Of a DNA stretch of 34,881 nt, positions 34,823 to 34,881 are shown piece by piece. Position 1 is the first letter of the stretch. The number at the start of each line of letters is the position of its first letter. Made by a program: the position numbers and the translations under genes. The notes beneath the pieces are model-generated. The model saw only the letters and a list, made by a program, of their open reading frames with translations, had not been told where the DNA came from and searched no databases. Source of the DNA: a virus (Duplodnaviria > Caudoviricetes); the IMG/VR virus record IMGVR_UViG_3300032318_001636, positions 1-34,881 of that record, one strand, 5' to 3'.

Positions 34823-34881
34823 TGATGCAAAACGCTACAGGCGGGGTGGGGTCGGTTGAAAAGTCGCCACTGATCCAAGAC

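Noticed and set aside
1-34881. Apparent abundance of GTCGAC, CTCGAG and CGATCG hexamers
   Set aside because: Plausibly due to GTC/CTC/ATC followed by GAC/GAG/GNN codon usage in a high-GC host; not quantifiable without computation

Overview
The window looks like an essentially complete ~34.9 kb, GC-rich temperate tailed-phage genome of HK97-like siphovirus organisation, opened between the HNH nuclease and the small terminase. Every credible gene except a tyrosine integrase is on the + strand. Gene order: terS, terL, portal, prohead protease; an inserted cluster of a Zn-ribbon gene and membrane proteins around a papain-like cysteine peptidase; major capsid; head-tail joining genes; two short paralogous tail-tube-like genes; chaperones with a GGGAAAA -1 frameshift; tape measure; Cys-rich tail-tip genes; fibre module 1; metallophosphoesterase and dNMP kinase; integrase and attP (3' part of tRNA-Arg-ACG); early genes (HTHs, Sak4-like ATPase, SSB-like protein, replication initiator with iterons, LexA-type HTH); a second fibre/adhesin module; RusA; HNH. 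Cys-rich GACC motifs suggest a Planctomycetota host (inference). The most notable unexplained signals are: (1) CsrA/RsmA-type ANGGAN hairpins and ATGGAC starts confined to the early region, plus a GGA-loop-rich intergenic RNA; (2) a G18 tract that would switch the integrase C-terminus; (3) a membrane protease cluster in a genome with no recognisable endolysin; (4) a TTGAY-NN-RTCAA palindrome at three module boundaries. All functional calls come from motif recognition and synteny, not database searches.
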